From Spirochaetia bacterium (lineage in GTDB: Bacteria; Spirochaetota; Spirochaetia; SZUA-6; Fen-1364): a stretch of DNA of 64,000 nucleotides. This document shows positions 16,353 through 24,838 of this stretch, piece by piece. The stretch spans positions 7,538 through 71,537 of the forward strand of contig JBEKQU010000011.1 of the NCBI GenBank assembly GCA_049519415.1. Direction: 5' to 3'. The stretch's first letter is position 1. Each line of letters starts with the position of its first letter. Both the position numbers and the translations under genes were made by a program. The notes beneath the pieces were generated by a model. The model had not been told where the DNA came from, ran no database searches, and was given only the letters and a program-made list of their open reading frames with translations.

Positions 16353-17497
16353 ATACGGCCTTCCGCCACGGCGAGCGCATCCTTGAAGTGCTCGTCGCCG
16401 AATGCAGTGTATCGGTCCGTCATGGCGGGGCTCTTGTGCCCGGTCAGCGCCCGGATTTTCGAGTCCTCGACCCCGCCGGAGCGCAGCATCGTGTTGAACC
16501 AGCGCCGCCACGAATGCACAACGATTCCACGGCGTTTACGTTCCGCGTCTGTGATCTTCATGGTCGATAGCGCATCATGAAGTCCTTTGGCGATGAAGCT
16601 CTGCGCCATCGGAGTGTGCGCTGTTCGTCCGTAGAATACCAAGCTTTCGGGATCATCCTTGAAGCGAGATTCCTCGATGATCTCCCGGAGGTGAAGGGCA
16701 GTCTTTGCCGGCAGTGGCACGACGCGAGCGCTATCCCATTTCGGAGCCTTCAGGCCTGCCTTGCGTTCCCATGCGTGGACAACGGCAAGGTGGTTGCTCT
16801 GAACGTCTCCGACTTGAAGGGCTTGAAGCTCGCCGAGTCGGAGCCCAGTCGAAGCAAGTACAAGGTGCGCCGTGAACATCCGCTTGTCGCCCGCCCATAA
16901 CTTCCCGATTGTCTTTTCCGCGAAGAGCTTCTTAACTTCGGCGTTCGTGAGGATGCCCCGGTCTGCCGGCTTCGCTTTGAACATCCCGACTGCCTCCGCC
17001 GGATTGCGCGGGATCAACTCCGCGTCGCGGGCCTCACGGAACATGAGCTTCAATACGGTGAGGATGCTGTTGACGGTTCCTGCCGCGAGCCCATCGTCAA
17101 GGAGCTTCATCCGCCATTTTTCGACTGCCGGGCGGGTAATCTCCGAGAGCTTCATCTTGCCGAACGTGGGGAGGATGTAAGTCTCGATGTACTTCCGTCT
17201 GCCCTCGGCGTAGGTCCGTCCTATGCTCTTGCCCTCGGCGAGCCTCCGTTTGATGTAGTCGCACTTTCCCCAGATAAAGAAGTTGGCCGAGAATTGCTTC
17301 AGAGTGATATTGCCGGCAGAGGATGCAGGCACCTTGCCGCTTTCGATCTGAGCGAGCGCCCAGGCCTCGGCTGCGGCCCTGCTCGTCTGCTCCGACGACA
17401 CGGCCGTCATTCGCTTGCCCTGGTAGTCGCGGAACATGACGTAAAAGATTACCCCGTGCTTCATCTTCCGCTTGAACATCGTGTAGGGCCTATGCAT
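16349..17497 (-). CDS. int: Tyrosine integrase (phage integrase family) with N-terminal arm-binding-type domain
   Basis: The C-terminal catalytic region is HSWRRWFNT...LTGHKSPAMTDRYT. The N-terminus (GVIFYVMFRDYQGKR) resembles arm-binding domains. GGGAGG RBS. The gene is adjacent to the tRNA. Confidence 0.9.
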   Translation of the reverse strand: MHRPYTMFKRKMKHGVIFYVMFRDYQGKRMTAVSSEQTSRAAAEAWALAQIESGKVPASSAGNITLKQFSANFFIWGKCDYIKRRLAEGKSIGRTYAEGRRKYIETYILPTFGKMKLSEITRPAVEKWRMKLLDDGLAAGTVNSILTVLKLMFREARDAELIPRNPAEAVGMFKAKPADRGILTNAEVKKLFAEKTIGKLWAGDKRMFTAHLVLASTGLRLGELQALQVGDVQSNHLAVVHAWERKAGLKAPKWDSARVVPLPAKTALHLREIIEESRFKDDPESLVFYGRTAHTPMAQSFIAKGLHDALSTMKITDAERKRRGIVVHSWRRWFNTMLRSGGVEDSKIRALTGHKSPAMTDRYTAFGDEHFKDALAVAEGRI

Positions 17498-17532
17498 GGC
17501 TACCTCCCTGAAATCCTTGAAACAGAGGGGAT

Positions 17533-17553
17533 TTGCTCACAGATTTGCTCACA
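17533..17553. repeat. Tandem TTGCTCACA repeats (candidate integrase arm-type sites), int-proximal end
   Basis: TTGCTCACA-gat-TTGCTCACA lies 60 bp inside the att core, with the same period and orientation as 4433-4453. Confidence 0.6.
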
Positions 17554-17613
17554 CGGGGTTTTGGCGAATAGTTGAAAAGTCATGTAATTCATTATAGACA
17601 AAGGAAAAGATAG

Positions 17614-17656
17614 ATGGGCGATACTGGGATTGAACCAGTGACTTCTACCGTGTGAA
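17614..17656. repeat. Proximal att repeat (within the intact tRNA-Val)
   Basis: Identical to 4262-4304. It covers the tRNA from the 3' anticodon-stem strand to the discriminator base, plus 1 nt. Confidence 0.9.
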
Positions 17657-17686
17657 GGTAGCACTCTGCCGCTGAGTTAATCGCCC
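17615..17686 (-). tRNA. tRNA-Val (anticodon CAC)
   Basis: A 72-nt cloverleaf folds by hand. Acceptor is GGGCGAT/ATCGCCC and D stem is ACTC/GAGT. Anticodon stem CTACC/GGTAG carries loop TTCACAC. T stem ACTGG/CCAGT carries loop TTCAATC. CCA is not encoded. Confidence 0.9.
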
Positions 17687-17703
17687 GGGACTGTTCTTCC
17701 AAT

Positions 17704-17733
17704 TGTATACATCAGCGGATCGGGCAATGTCAA
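17704..17733 (-). promoter_or_regulatory. Sigma70-like promoter of tRNA-Val
   Basis: The minus strand reads TTGACA-18 nt-TATACA, ending 17 nt before the tRNA 5' end. Confidence 0.45.
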
Positions 17734-17970
17734 TCATGGGGAGGAATGCGAAGTTGCTACACGGATGTCAGGCATTTCACGCAGCCATCGGGCATCTGTC
17801 TATATTAAAATCAGATATCAAAGCATACGAAAGTAGACAAATCAACCGTTTTGGGAACTGCGGCTTTTTTAAAGGCATTATTGCTTTGCGTTATAAGGAA
17901 TTAAAACTATATGCCTGTTCCCTTGATTGGACCCGTTCTTGCATGAAATACCACGATAAGCATAAACATC

Positions 17971-18612
17971 ATGCAGCAAACCCGAGAGCTCATTCCACAG
18001 ATCCGAAGCGAACGATTTAACAGTACCACAACTGTTGTCAGGATTCAAGGTGAGGTTGTCAGGAAGTCCCTCCATCTCCTGATCGCGCTCGTCCCCTTGC
18101 TCGCATCGGTGAATCTCTCCGCCACATTTGCATTGCTCGCCGTTGGCACGATTTTCTACGCTCTTGCCGAGACCTCGCGGCTTCAGGGATCTCCCGTGCC
18201 CCTGGTAAGCGATCTGACCCTCATTGCTTCCCGGGAAAGGGATCGAAACGGCTTTGTGCTCGGTCCCATTACGCTGGGCATCGGCGCCATGCTGTCCCTC
18301 CTCCTCTATCCTCTCCCCGCAGCCTCCATCGCCATCTATGCGCTCGCCTTTGGCGATGGCTTTGCCAGCCTGGTGGGCACCACCGTTCGCGGGCCGCGGC
18401 TCCCGTTCCTGCGCGGCAAGACGCTCGCCGGCAGCCTTGCGTGTTTCACAGTGGTTTTCATCGTCACGCTCCGCATCACCGCGCGTCCGGTCGGCGCGGC
18501 CTTGATCGCCGGTTCAGCGACCCTCCTCGAGGCCATTCCCACGGGGAACTTCGACAATGTCATCCTCCCCTTCGGGGTGGGGATGATCGCGGCAAAAATT
18601 CTCTTTATATAG
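17971..18612 (+). CDS. Diacylglycerol/polyprenol kinase family membrane protein (CTP_transf_1 superfamily)
   Basis: Polytopic membrane protein with the motif YALAFGDGFASLVG...GKTLAGS, typical of the CdsA/dolichol-kinase superfamily. Confidence 0.55.
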   Translation: MQQTRELIPQIRSERFNSTTTVVRIQGEVVRKSLHLLIALVPLLASVNLSATFALLAVGTIFYALAETSRLQGSPVPLVSDLTLIASRERDRNGFVLGPITLGIGAMLSLLLYPLPAASIAIYALAFGDGFASLVGTTVRGPRLPFLRGKTLAGSLACFTVVFIVTLRITARPVGAALIAGSATLLEAIPTGNFDNVILPFGVGMIAAKILFI

Positions 18613-18651
18613 GCGCGCCTCGACGGAGGCGTTGGCAGACCTGCGCATGGA

Positions 18652-19509
18652 TCATATCCCAAGCTTTTCCCCCGCCCGCTGATAGATCGCCGAGAGGATG
18701 CGCAGGCAGAGAAGGCAGCCCCCTGCCAGGCACGCCAGTCCCGCTGCCAGCATTACCGGATGCGTAGCGAAGAACAGGAACTCTCGCGCGGCTAGAAGGA
18801 GCATAAATCCGGCGGAGAGCCATAGGAATCGGATGTCCCGGCGGGAGAGCGCGGCCGCGCAGCCGGTTGCCACCGTGAGGATCCCGATCACCAGGTTCAC
18901 AAACCACACGCTCTGTTCGTCTCCGAGCTTCCACGTGAGCTGCGCCAGAAACACGGTCCTGTCCATGGGGATGTAGGCCACCATTGCAAAGGAAACAAGG
19001 AACACGCCCCCCGCAAGGACCATGACCTTCCTGTATTTCAATTCGATGCAGTACAAGCCCGCTATAAGGAGCGCGAGCAGGCCCATGAACCTGCCCCAGT
19101 AGATGGTTCTGGTGAGCACGATCGACAAGCCGATTGACCTGTCCGACGCGTACAGAAGGGCGGTGCCTGCGCGAAGACATTCCAGGCTGAGGGAGAACAG
19201 GAACATCATGAGAAAGGGCAGGAGAGGGGAGGAGCCTTTATGGTAAAGCCGGAACCCGCCAAACGCGGCAACGCAGGCTATGCACGCCGCGGCAATGGCC
19301 GCGCAGATCCGCCAGAGCGCATCCCGGGATCCGGCCGCGGAGGGGTCGCTGTAATGGAACCACCAGGCGTTGCTGGGCAAGCTGCGCAGGGGATCGGCCA
19401 GACCGGGCATGGCCAGAAGCAGCGAAAGTCCGAGTGCTGAACCAACGATGAGCAGGATTGTGATGGTCATGGCGGTGGTGAAGGCGACGGTCCCGGTGGA
19501 AGGGCGCAT
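18652..19509 (-). CDS. Polytopic membrane protein, unknown function
   Basis: There are about 8 hydrophobic segments. It is convergent with the previous gene. No motif was recognised. Confidence 0.6.
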   Translation of the reverse strand: MRPSTGTVAFTTAMTITILLIVGSALGLSLLLAMPGLADPLRSLPSNAWWFHYSDPSAAGSRDALWRICAAIAAACIACVAAFGGFRLYHKGSSPLLPFLMMFLFSLSLECLRAGTALLYASDRSIGLSIVLTRTIYWGRFMGLLALLIAGLYCIELKYRKVMVLAGGVFLVSFAMVAYIPMDRTVFLAQLTWKLGDEQSVWFVNLVIGILTVATGCAAALSRRDIRFLWLSAGFMLLLAAREFLFFATHPVMLAAGLACLAGGCLLCLRILSAIYQRAGEKLGI

Positions 19510-19530
19510 GGGGGTATTCTACGACGTTCT

Positions 19531-19558
19531 TTGCGAAAAGGTCAAAACATTGTAGCAT
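19531..19558 (+). promoter_or_regulatory. Sigma70-like promoter placed for a leaderless DAHP synthase mRNA
   Basis: TTGCGA-16 nt-TAGCAT; the A of ATG 19564 is 6 nt after the -10 element and no SD is present. Confidence 0.4.
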
Positions 19559-19563
19559 TCCTC

Positions 19564-20580
19564 ATGATCCTTATCTTCCGACAGGACGCCACGGAGGAGC
19601 AGATCCAGGCCGCTCTCCGCAAGATCGAATCCCTCGGCTACACCCCGCACCTGAGCCGGGGAGCCCTCAAGACAATCTGCGGCATCACGGGAGATGATCG
19701 GGCCATCGCGGAGTCGGAGTTCGACCAGCTCCCCGGCATTGAAACCGTCCTCCGCGTGCTCAAGCCATACAAGCTCGCTTCCCGCGAGTTCCACCCGGAT
19801 CCCACTCGCGTGGAAGTGGGCGGCGTGTCCATCGGTCCAGGCTGCTTTGCCGTCATTGCCGGCCCCTGCTCCGTGGAGACGGAGGAGCAGGTGGAGTCCA
19901 GCGCCGCCCTGGCGGAGCGCATGGGGCTTTCGCTGATGCGGGGCGGGGCGTTCAAGCCGCGCTCCTCTCCCTACTCATTCCAGGGCCTGGGGGAGCAGGG
20001 GTTGGAAATCCTGAGCGCGGCCGCGCGCCGCCACGGCCTCACCGTGGTCACCGAGATCATGTCGGAGCACGACGTGGACCTGGTGGGCCGCTACGCGGGG
20101 ATCTTCCAGGTGGGGGCGCGCAACATGCAGAACTTCGCGCTCTTGAAGGCGATCGGGGAGACGCGGAAGCCGGTCCTCCTGAAGCGGAGCATGATGGGCA
20201 CCATCGAGGAGCTTCTCCTGTCCGCGGAGTACATCATGAAGGGCGGCAACTCCCGCGTCATCCTCTGCGAGCGCGGAATCCGCACCTTCGAAACGCAGAC
20301 CAGGAACACGCTGGACATCGCCGCGGTGCCGGTCATCAAGCGTCTCAGTCACCTGCCGATACTGGTGGACCCCAGCCATGCCATGGGGGATTGGCACTAT
20401 GTGGCTTCCGCTTCCCTGGCGGCTCTGGCGGCGGGAGCCGACGGGATACTCATCGAGATCCATCCGGATCCCTCGATGGCCAAGTCGGATGGAAAGCAGA
20501 GCTTGAACTACCCCCATTTCGAGGAATTGATGGGGAGATTGCGTGCCCTGGCGCCGCACCTGGGAGTGGAAATACGGTAG
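19564..20580 (+). CDS. aroF: 3-deoxy-7-phosphoheptulonate (DAHP) synthase, type I-beta with N-terminal regulatory domain
   Basis: It is collinear from Met1 with the Thermotoga-type enzyme as recalled (338 aa). Shared motifs are VLKPYKL.SREFHP, AGPCSVE, KPRSSPYSFQGLG and LVDPSHA. Confidence 0.9.
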   Translation: MILIFRQDATEEQIQAALRKIESLGYTPHLSRGALKTICGITGDDRAIAESEFDQLPGIETVLRVLKPYKLASREFHPDPTRVEVGGVSIGPGCFAVIAGPCSVETEEQVESSAALAERMGLSLMRGGAFKPRSSPYSFQGLGEQGLEILSAAARRHGLTVVTEIMSEHDVDLVGRYAGIFQVGARNMQNFALLKAIGETRKPVLLKRSMMGTIEELLLSAEYIMKGGNSRVILCERGIRTFETQTRNTLDIAAVPVIKRLSHLPILVDPSHAMGDWHYVASASLAALAAGADGILIEIHPDPSMAKSDGKQSLNYPHFEELMGRLRALAPHLGVEIR

Positions 20581-20678
20581 GGGCAGGGATGCACCCGCCG
20601 AATTGACGGCGCGCGCAAGCCTCCAAATTCCTCTATAAAAACGGCTCAAGCAGTACGATACTATAACCAGGAGCACCT

Positions 20679-21365
20679 ATGTCAAAACGGCTTGCCCTGG
20701 TCTGGGTACTGCTTCTCTTTGCAGCGCTTGCCGCTTCCGCTGGCGATGTTGCCCAGTTCGTCAATCTGGGGTTCTCGCCGGACGGCAAGTACTTCATGTT
20801 CGGCCAGTACGGGATAACGGAAAAGGGTTCCCTTCCCTGGGCCAGCGCCTGCATCGTGGATGTGCCGGCCAACGCGTTCGCGCCAAAGGGAAACCAGCAG
20901 CTCACCGGCGCGCAGCCGGCGGACCCGGGTTCCAGCGGCCTTGGCGCGCTGTTGAAAGTGCTCGCCAACTCGCTTCCACAGACAAAGAAGTTCCGCGTCG
21001 ACCACCTTCTCACCGGCCGGCTCCTGTACATCCTGATGGACGGGGCCCAGGCGGCCGACGCGCTGGAGTTCAGGGATTTCCTGTCAGGCAAGGCCTACAC
21101 GATTGCCCTTTCGCAGACAGCCCCGACAAAGGACGCCGGCTCTTCGTTCAGCATCGCGATCACGGTGACGGACAAGGACGGGAAGGTGAAATCATTCGCC
21201 GTGGGGGATCCGGCATTCAAGAGAGCCAGCGTGAAAGCGTATCATATCAAACAGATCATTCTCTCCCCTGAGGGCAACTCCCTGGTGTTCATCGTCCAGA
21301 AAGAGGAGCAGGACACAAGGGGGAGCAACATCCGCTATATGATTGAGACGGTCAGGCCGAAATAA
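20679..21365 (+). CDS. Secreted hypothetical protein (possibly DUF2259-like)
   Basis: A signal peptide (LVWVLLLFAALAASAG/D) and a GGAG RBS are present. The family assignment is from memory only. Confidence 0.6.
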   Translation: MSKRLALVWVLLLFAALAASAGDVAQFVNLGFSPDGKYFMFGQYGITEKGSLPWASACIVDVPANAFAPKGNQQLTGAQPADPGSSGLGALLKVLANSLPQTKKFRVDHLLTGRLLYILMDGAQAADALEFRDFLSGKAYTIALSQTAPTKDAGSSFSIAITVTDKDGKVKSFAVGDPAFKRASVKAYHIKQIILSPEGNSLVFIVQKEEQDTRGSNIRYMIETVRPK

Positions 21366-21390
21366 GGCGAACCGCGGCCGTCTTTTTTTT
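21346..21390 (+). terminator. Putative rho-independent terminator
   Basis: GC-rich pairing (GGCCG...CGGCC or AGACGG...CCGTCT) spans the stop codon and is followed by a T8 run at 21383-21390. Confidence 0.4.
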
Positions 21391-21496
21391 CTTCTGATTG
21401 CGCGGCCGATTGTACCCCGCTCTTTATCGAAAAAAGCGTTCCGCGGTGGAGCACGCGATCGAATCACCCCAAGACCACGATTCAGGAGGGGCTGCA

Positions 21497-22237
21497 ATGA
21501 ACGTGATTGTGCAGGGGGTCACTGTCCGCTTTGACAAAAGGCCGGCGCTCAGCGATGCCTCGTTGGAGATACCGGTAGGCAGCATCGTCGGGCTGCTTGG
21601 CCCTTCAGGAGCGGGCAAGACCACGCTTATCCGCTGCATTATGGGGCTTCTGCGCCCGGATGCGGGCAGCGTCCGGATAGCTGACCGGCGCGTGCCAGAC
21701 CGCGGCCTGGCGCATCGGATCGGCTACATGGCGCAGGAGGATGCCCTGTATCCCGACCTGACGGGTTTTCAGAACCTGCGTTTCTTCACCGCGCTGTACG
21801 GCCTGCGCGGGAGCGCGGCCCGGAGCGCCATCGGCGACGTGTTCCGTCTCACGCGCCTGGAGGGTGAAGAAAACAAGAAGGTGAAGAATTACTCCGGCGG
21901 CATGCGGAAGAGGCTTTCCCTAGCCGCGGCGCTCGTGCATTGTCCTGAGCTTCTCATTCTGGACGAGCCCACGGTGGGAATCGATCCCATTCTCCGCGCA
22001 GAGTTCTGGGACGAGTTCCGCAAGCTGCGCGACAATGGCGCCACGCTCCTGCTTACCACTCACGTGATGGACGAATCGGATCGATGCGACAGGCTGGCCC
22101 TTATCTTCGAGGGCAGGGTGCTGGCCTACGACGCCCCTGCAGCAATCCACCGGGCGTTGGGCGTGCAATCGACGGAGGAGGCGTTTCTTGCCCTGCGCAC
22201 GCGATCCCTCGCGGAGAAAGGAGCGCCCCGTGCGTAA
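21497..22237 (+). CDS. ABC transporter ATP-binding protein (ABC-2 exporter type)
   Basis: Walker A GPSGAGKTT, signature YSGGMRKRL and Walker B LLILDEPTVGID are present. Confidence 0.9.
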   Translation: MNVIVQGVTVRFDKRPALSDASLEIPVGSIVGLLGPSGAGKTTLIRCIMGLLRPDAGSVRIADRRVPDRGLAHRIGYMAQEDALYPDLTGFQNLRFFTALYGLRGSAARSAIGDVFRLTRLEGEENKKVKNYSGGMRKRLSLAAALVHCPELLILDEPTVGIDPILRAEFWDEFRKLRDNGATLLLTTHVMDESDRCDRLALIFEGRVLAYDAPAAIHRALGVQSTEEAFLALRTRSLAEKGAPRA

Positions 22238-23279
22238 CGCGTTCAGCATCGCCCGCAGGATTATCACCCAGATCGGCATGGACCGCAGGACGCTCGCCCT
22301 CATTCTTGTCGCGCCCCTGGCGATGATCGCGCTTCTGTGGGTCGTCATCAACGGCGGTCTTTCCACTCCCACGATCGCGGTGACGGGAAGCCCGCCTGCC
22401 GCGTTCCGGGAGGCGCTGGGGAAGAACGCAGCGGTGATCGATGTGGAGTCGACCGATGCAGGAATTGCGCTTGTACGCAGCGGAAAGGCGGACGCGTTGC
22501 TTGACTATTCCGCCTCCCCGCCAAAGCTCACCCTTGATGGAGCTGACCCATCGGTGACCGCGGTGGTGGGCAGGGCGGTGGAGAAGACGGGATTCTCCTT
22601 TCTCTCTTCGGTTCCTCTTTTGCAGGGGGTCATGGGCAATGTTCAGCCGACTATCCAGCTCCTCCATGGCAGTGAGAACAGCACCGCGTTTGATTTCATC
22701 GCCCCGGTCATGATGGGCTTCGTGATTTTCTTTTTCATCTTCATTCTCTCGGCCATTTCCTTCCTCCGGGAGCGGACAACGGGAACGCTCGCGCGCATCC
22801 TGGTCACGCCCGCCACTCCCCTGCAACTGGTGGTCGGCTACATACTGGGATTCGGATTTTTCGCCGCGCTGGAGACCGTTCTCATCCAGCTCTTCACCAT
22901 CTGGGTGCTCGGCATTCCCGCGCTGGGCTCTTTCCTGGAGATACTCGTCGTGAATCTCGCTCTCTGCCTGGTGGCGCTCAGCATGGGGAGCTTTATTTCC
23001 GCTTTTGCCCAGAACGAGTTTCAGGTTCTGCAGTTTATACCGATCGTCATTGTGCCCCAGGTGCTTTTTTCCGGCATCCTCGACCTGCGCCAGTCGCCGG
23101 GATGGGTGCAATTCCTGTCATGCATCTTCCCGCTCACCTACGGGGGCCACGCATTGCGCGAAATGATGCTGCGGGGAAAAGCGCTGGGCGATCTCTGGGT
23201 CGATCTCGTGGTGGTGTTGGGATTCGCGGCTCTGTTCATCTTCCTGAACGCGCTCAGTATCCGGCGGACGCGGGCCTAG
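22230..23279 (+). CDS. ABC-2 type transporter permease
   Basis: GTG 22230 follows an AAAGGAG RBS and overlaps the ATPase stop. There is one N-terminal TM segment, a large loop and five C-terminal TM segments, as in ABC-2 permeases. Confidence 0.8.
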   Translation: MRNAFSIARRIITQIGMDRRTLALILVAPLAMIALLWVVINGGLSTPTIAVTGSPPAAFREALGKNAAVIDVESTDAGIALVRSGKADALLDYSASPPKLTLDGADPSVTAVVGRAVEKTGFSFLSSVPLLQGVMGNVQPTIQLLHGSENSTAFDFIAPVMMGFVIFFFIFILSAISFLRERTTGTLARILVTPATPLQLVVGYILGFGFFAALETVLIQLFTIWVLGIPALGSFLEILVVNLALCLVALSMGSFISAFAQNEFQVLQFIPIVIVPQVLFSGILDLRQSPGWVQFLSCIFPLTYGGHALREMMLRGKALGDLWVDLVVVLGFAALFIFLNALSIRRTRA

Positions 23280-23290
23280 CCGCGGAAGAC

Positions 23291-24838
23291 CTAGAATCTC
23301 TCCAGCACGCTCTCCACTTCAGCGTCAAAGGTGCGTGAGACCCGGTTGAGGAAGACAGCGAGCAGCGCGCCGGCCGCGCCGATGCAGATGAAGAGCGCGG
23401 CATCGAATCCGAAGGACCCGAATGGAGCGACCATTCTATGGATTGCCAGAGGGAGGCCGCAGATCGCGAAAGGCGCGATCTGGTTGATGAATGCCACCCC
23501 GTGCAACGCGCCATGCGCGAATGGCAGCAGGAGCGAGCTGAGGTTCCCCCATACAAGGCTCACGAGCAGTGCCGAGCACACGCACAGGAGCAGAGATGCT
23601 GCGGCTGCCACACTCACCCTGATAGCCGTGGCTGCCACGGGAGCGATGAGAGCGCCGGCCATGACCGTGAGCCAGGAGCGGTTCTTTGCCCAGAACACGG
23701 TGCTCCACCGGGGACAGAGGAGCGCATACCGGCGCAGCGCCTGGCCGTCATGGCCGAAAATGTTGACGGGGTAGGAGAAGGTCGTGAGAAGGGCGAGAAT
23801 GCAGCCAAGAATTGTGATGCCCAATGTTGGTTCCTCGGCAGCAAGGAGCCACGCGGCTGATCCGATTCCGGCCGCCATGCAGGCGATGCTCCCGGGAGCG
23901 GATGCCAGCCGCTTCAACTCGTGCCGGTAGAGAACAGCGGATATTCCACCTCTTCCGGCAGGCGCGCCATCAGCCGGCTGCCCCGCGGCCGGCTGTCGGG
24001 AAGCGCGGGCCCTTCTTGAAGGAGCGGCCTCGCCTGCCGCGTCATACATGCCGCGGAGGGAGAACACGAATATTACCAGCGCCGCCGCGGCAAGTCCCAT
24101 GCACGGCAGAAGCCAGCCTCTGAAGATCCACACGGAAGGGCTCCACGCCCGGAATACGGGCAGGAGCCCCTGGCCGGCATCATTAAGCAGAATGATCGGA
24201 TGCCCGAAAACGAATATCCGGATCGGTCCCCCGTTCCACTGGAAATCGAAATTGGAGAGCAGGAGGCCGAGCAGGCCGATGATGAACACGAACCTGAAGG
24301 CTCCAGCCAACCGATGCGCGGTTCTATTGAGTGAAAGCGCGTGTCCGAGCCCAAAGGCGAGAAGCAGCGCGCCAAGGAATGCGGCCAGCAGGGACAGGAC
24401 GCAGGCGCCAGGATGCGCGAGTGCAAGCAGGGGAACGGCGCCGGGAATGATGAAAAGGAACACCACCCCGGTCATTGGGTGCGTGAAGATGTTCCACAGC
24501 TCTGCAGAGACCAGGGAGGGGAAGGGCACGCCCAGAAGCGCCAGGCGCTTCCTGTCCAGGCTGGCAGCGCCGAGGGAAAGCGTGGAAGAGAGGAACGTAA
24601 GGAGGAACACGACCAGGAGGAAGTGGAGCATGGTGAACTCCGCAATCGCCAGTCCCACGTCGTGCGATCCCCGGGTAAGCTCCCTTTCCGCAAGAATACA
24701 GTTCAGCGTGAACCGTATCAGGATGACGATCACCAGCCACACGTACAGGAGCATGTCGCCTGTGCGCGGCGCGCGCAGCTTCATCATGCGCCGCCGCGAC
24801 AACCGTGCGGCCGCGGCGAGGTGTCTCACCCGACCCAT
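23291..24838 (-). CDS. Polytopic membrane protein, probable permease partner of the adjacent ABC ATPase
   Basis: There are more than 10 hydrophobic segments. ATG 24838 with a GGAG RBS overlaps the ATPase stop by 13 nt. The longer ORF-track start (24970) was rejected. Confidence 0.65.
   Translation of the reverse strand: MGRVRHLAAAARLSRRRMMKLRAPRTGDMLLYVWLVIVILIRFTLNCILAERELTRGSHDVGLAIAEFTMLHFLLVVFLLTFLSSTLSLGAASLDRKRLALLGVPFPSLVSAELWNIFTHPMTGVVFLFIIPGAVPLLALAHPGACVLSLLAAFLGALLLAFGLGHALSLNRTAHRLAGAFRFVFIIGLLGLLLSNFDFQWNGGPIRIFVFGHPIILLNDAGQGLLPVFRAWSPSVWIFRGWLLPCMGLAAAALVIFVFSLRGMYDAAGEAAPSRRARASRQPAAGQPADGAPAGRGGISAVLYRHELKRLASAPGSIACMAAGIGSAAWLLAAEEPTLGITILGCILALLTTFSYPVNIFGHDGQALRRYALLCPRWSTVFWAKNRSWLTVMAGALIAPVAATAIRVSVAAAASLLLCVCSALLVSLVWGNLSSLLLPFAHGALHGVAFINQIAPFAICGLPLAIHRMVAPFGSFGFDAALFICIGAAGALLAVFLNRVSRTFDAEVESVLERF

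Larger units (their letters stand above)
4262..17656 (-). mobile_element. Integrative element inserted in tRNA-Val(CAC), about 13.4 kb, all 14 genes on the minus strand
   Basis: A perfect 43-bp direct repeat (4262-4304 = 17614-17656) corresponds to the 3' part of the tRNA. A tyrosine integrase lies next to the intact tRNA. Xis-like and RepA-like genes are present. The cargo is visibly more AT-rich than the flanks. Confidence 0.85.

Noticed and set aside
16353-16511. N-terminal extension of the 295-aa ORF into the integrase gene, and similar extensions at 15368-15427 and 24839-24970.
   Set aside because: Internal ATGs that form ATGA overlaps with the upstream stop, or that have an RBS, give compact operon structures. 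The extensions overlap well-supported genes.
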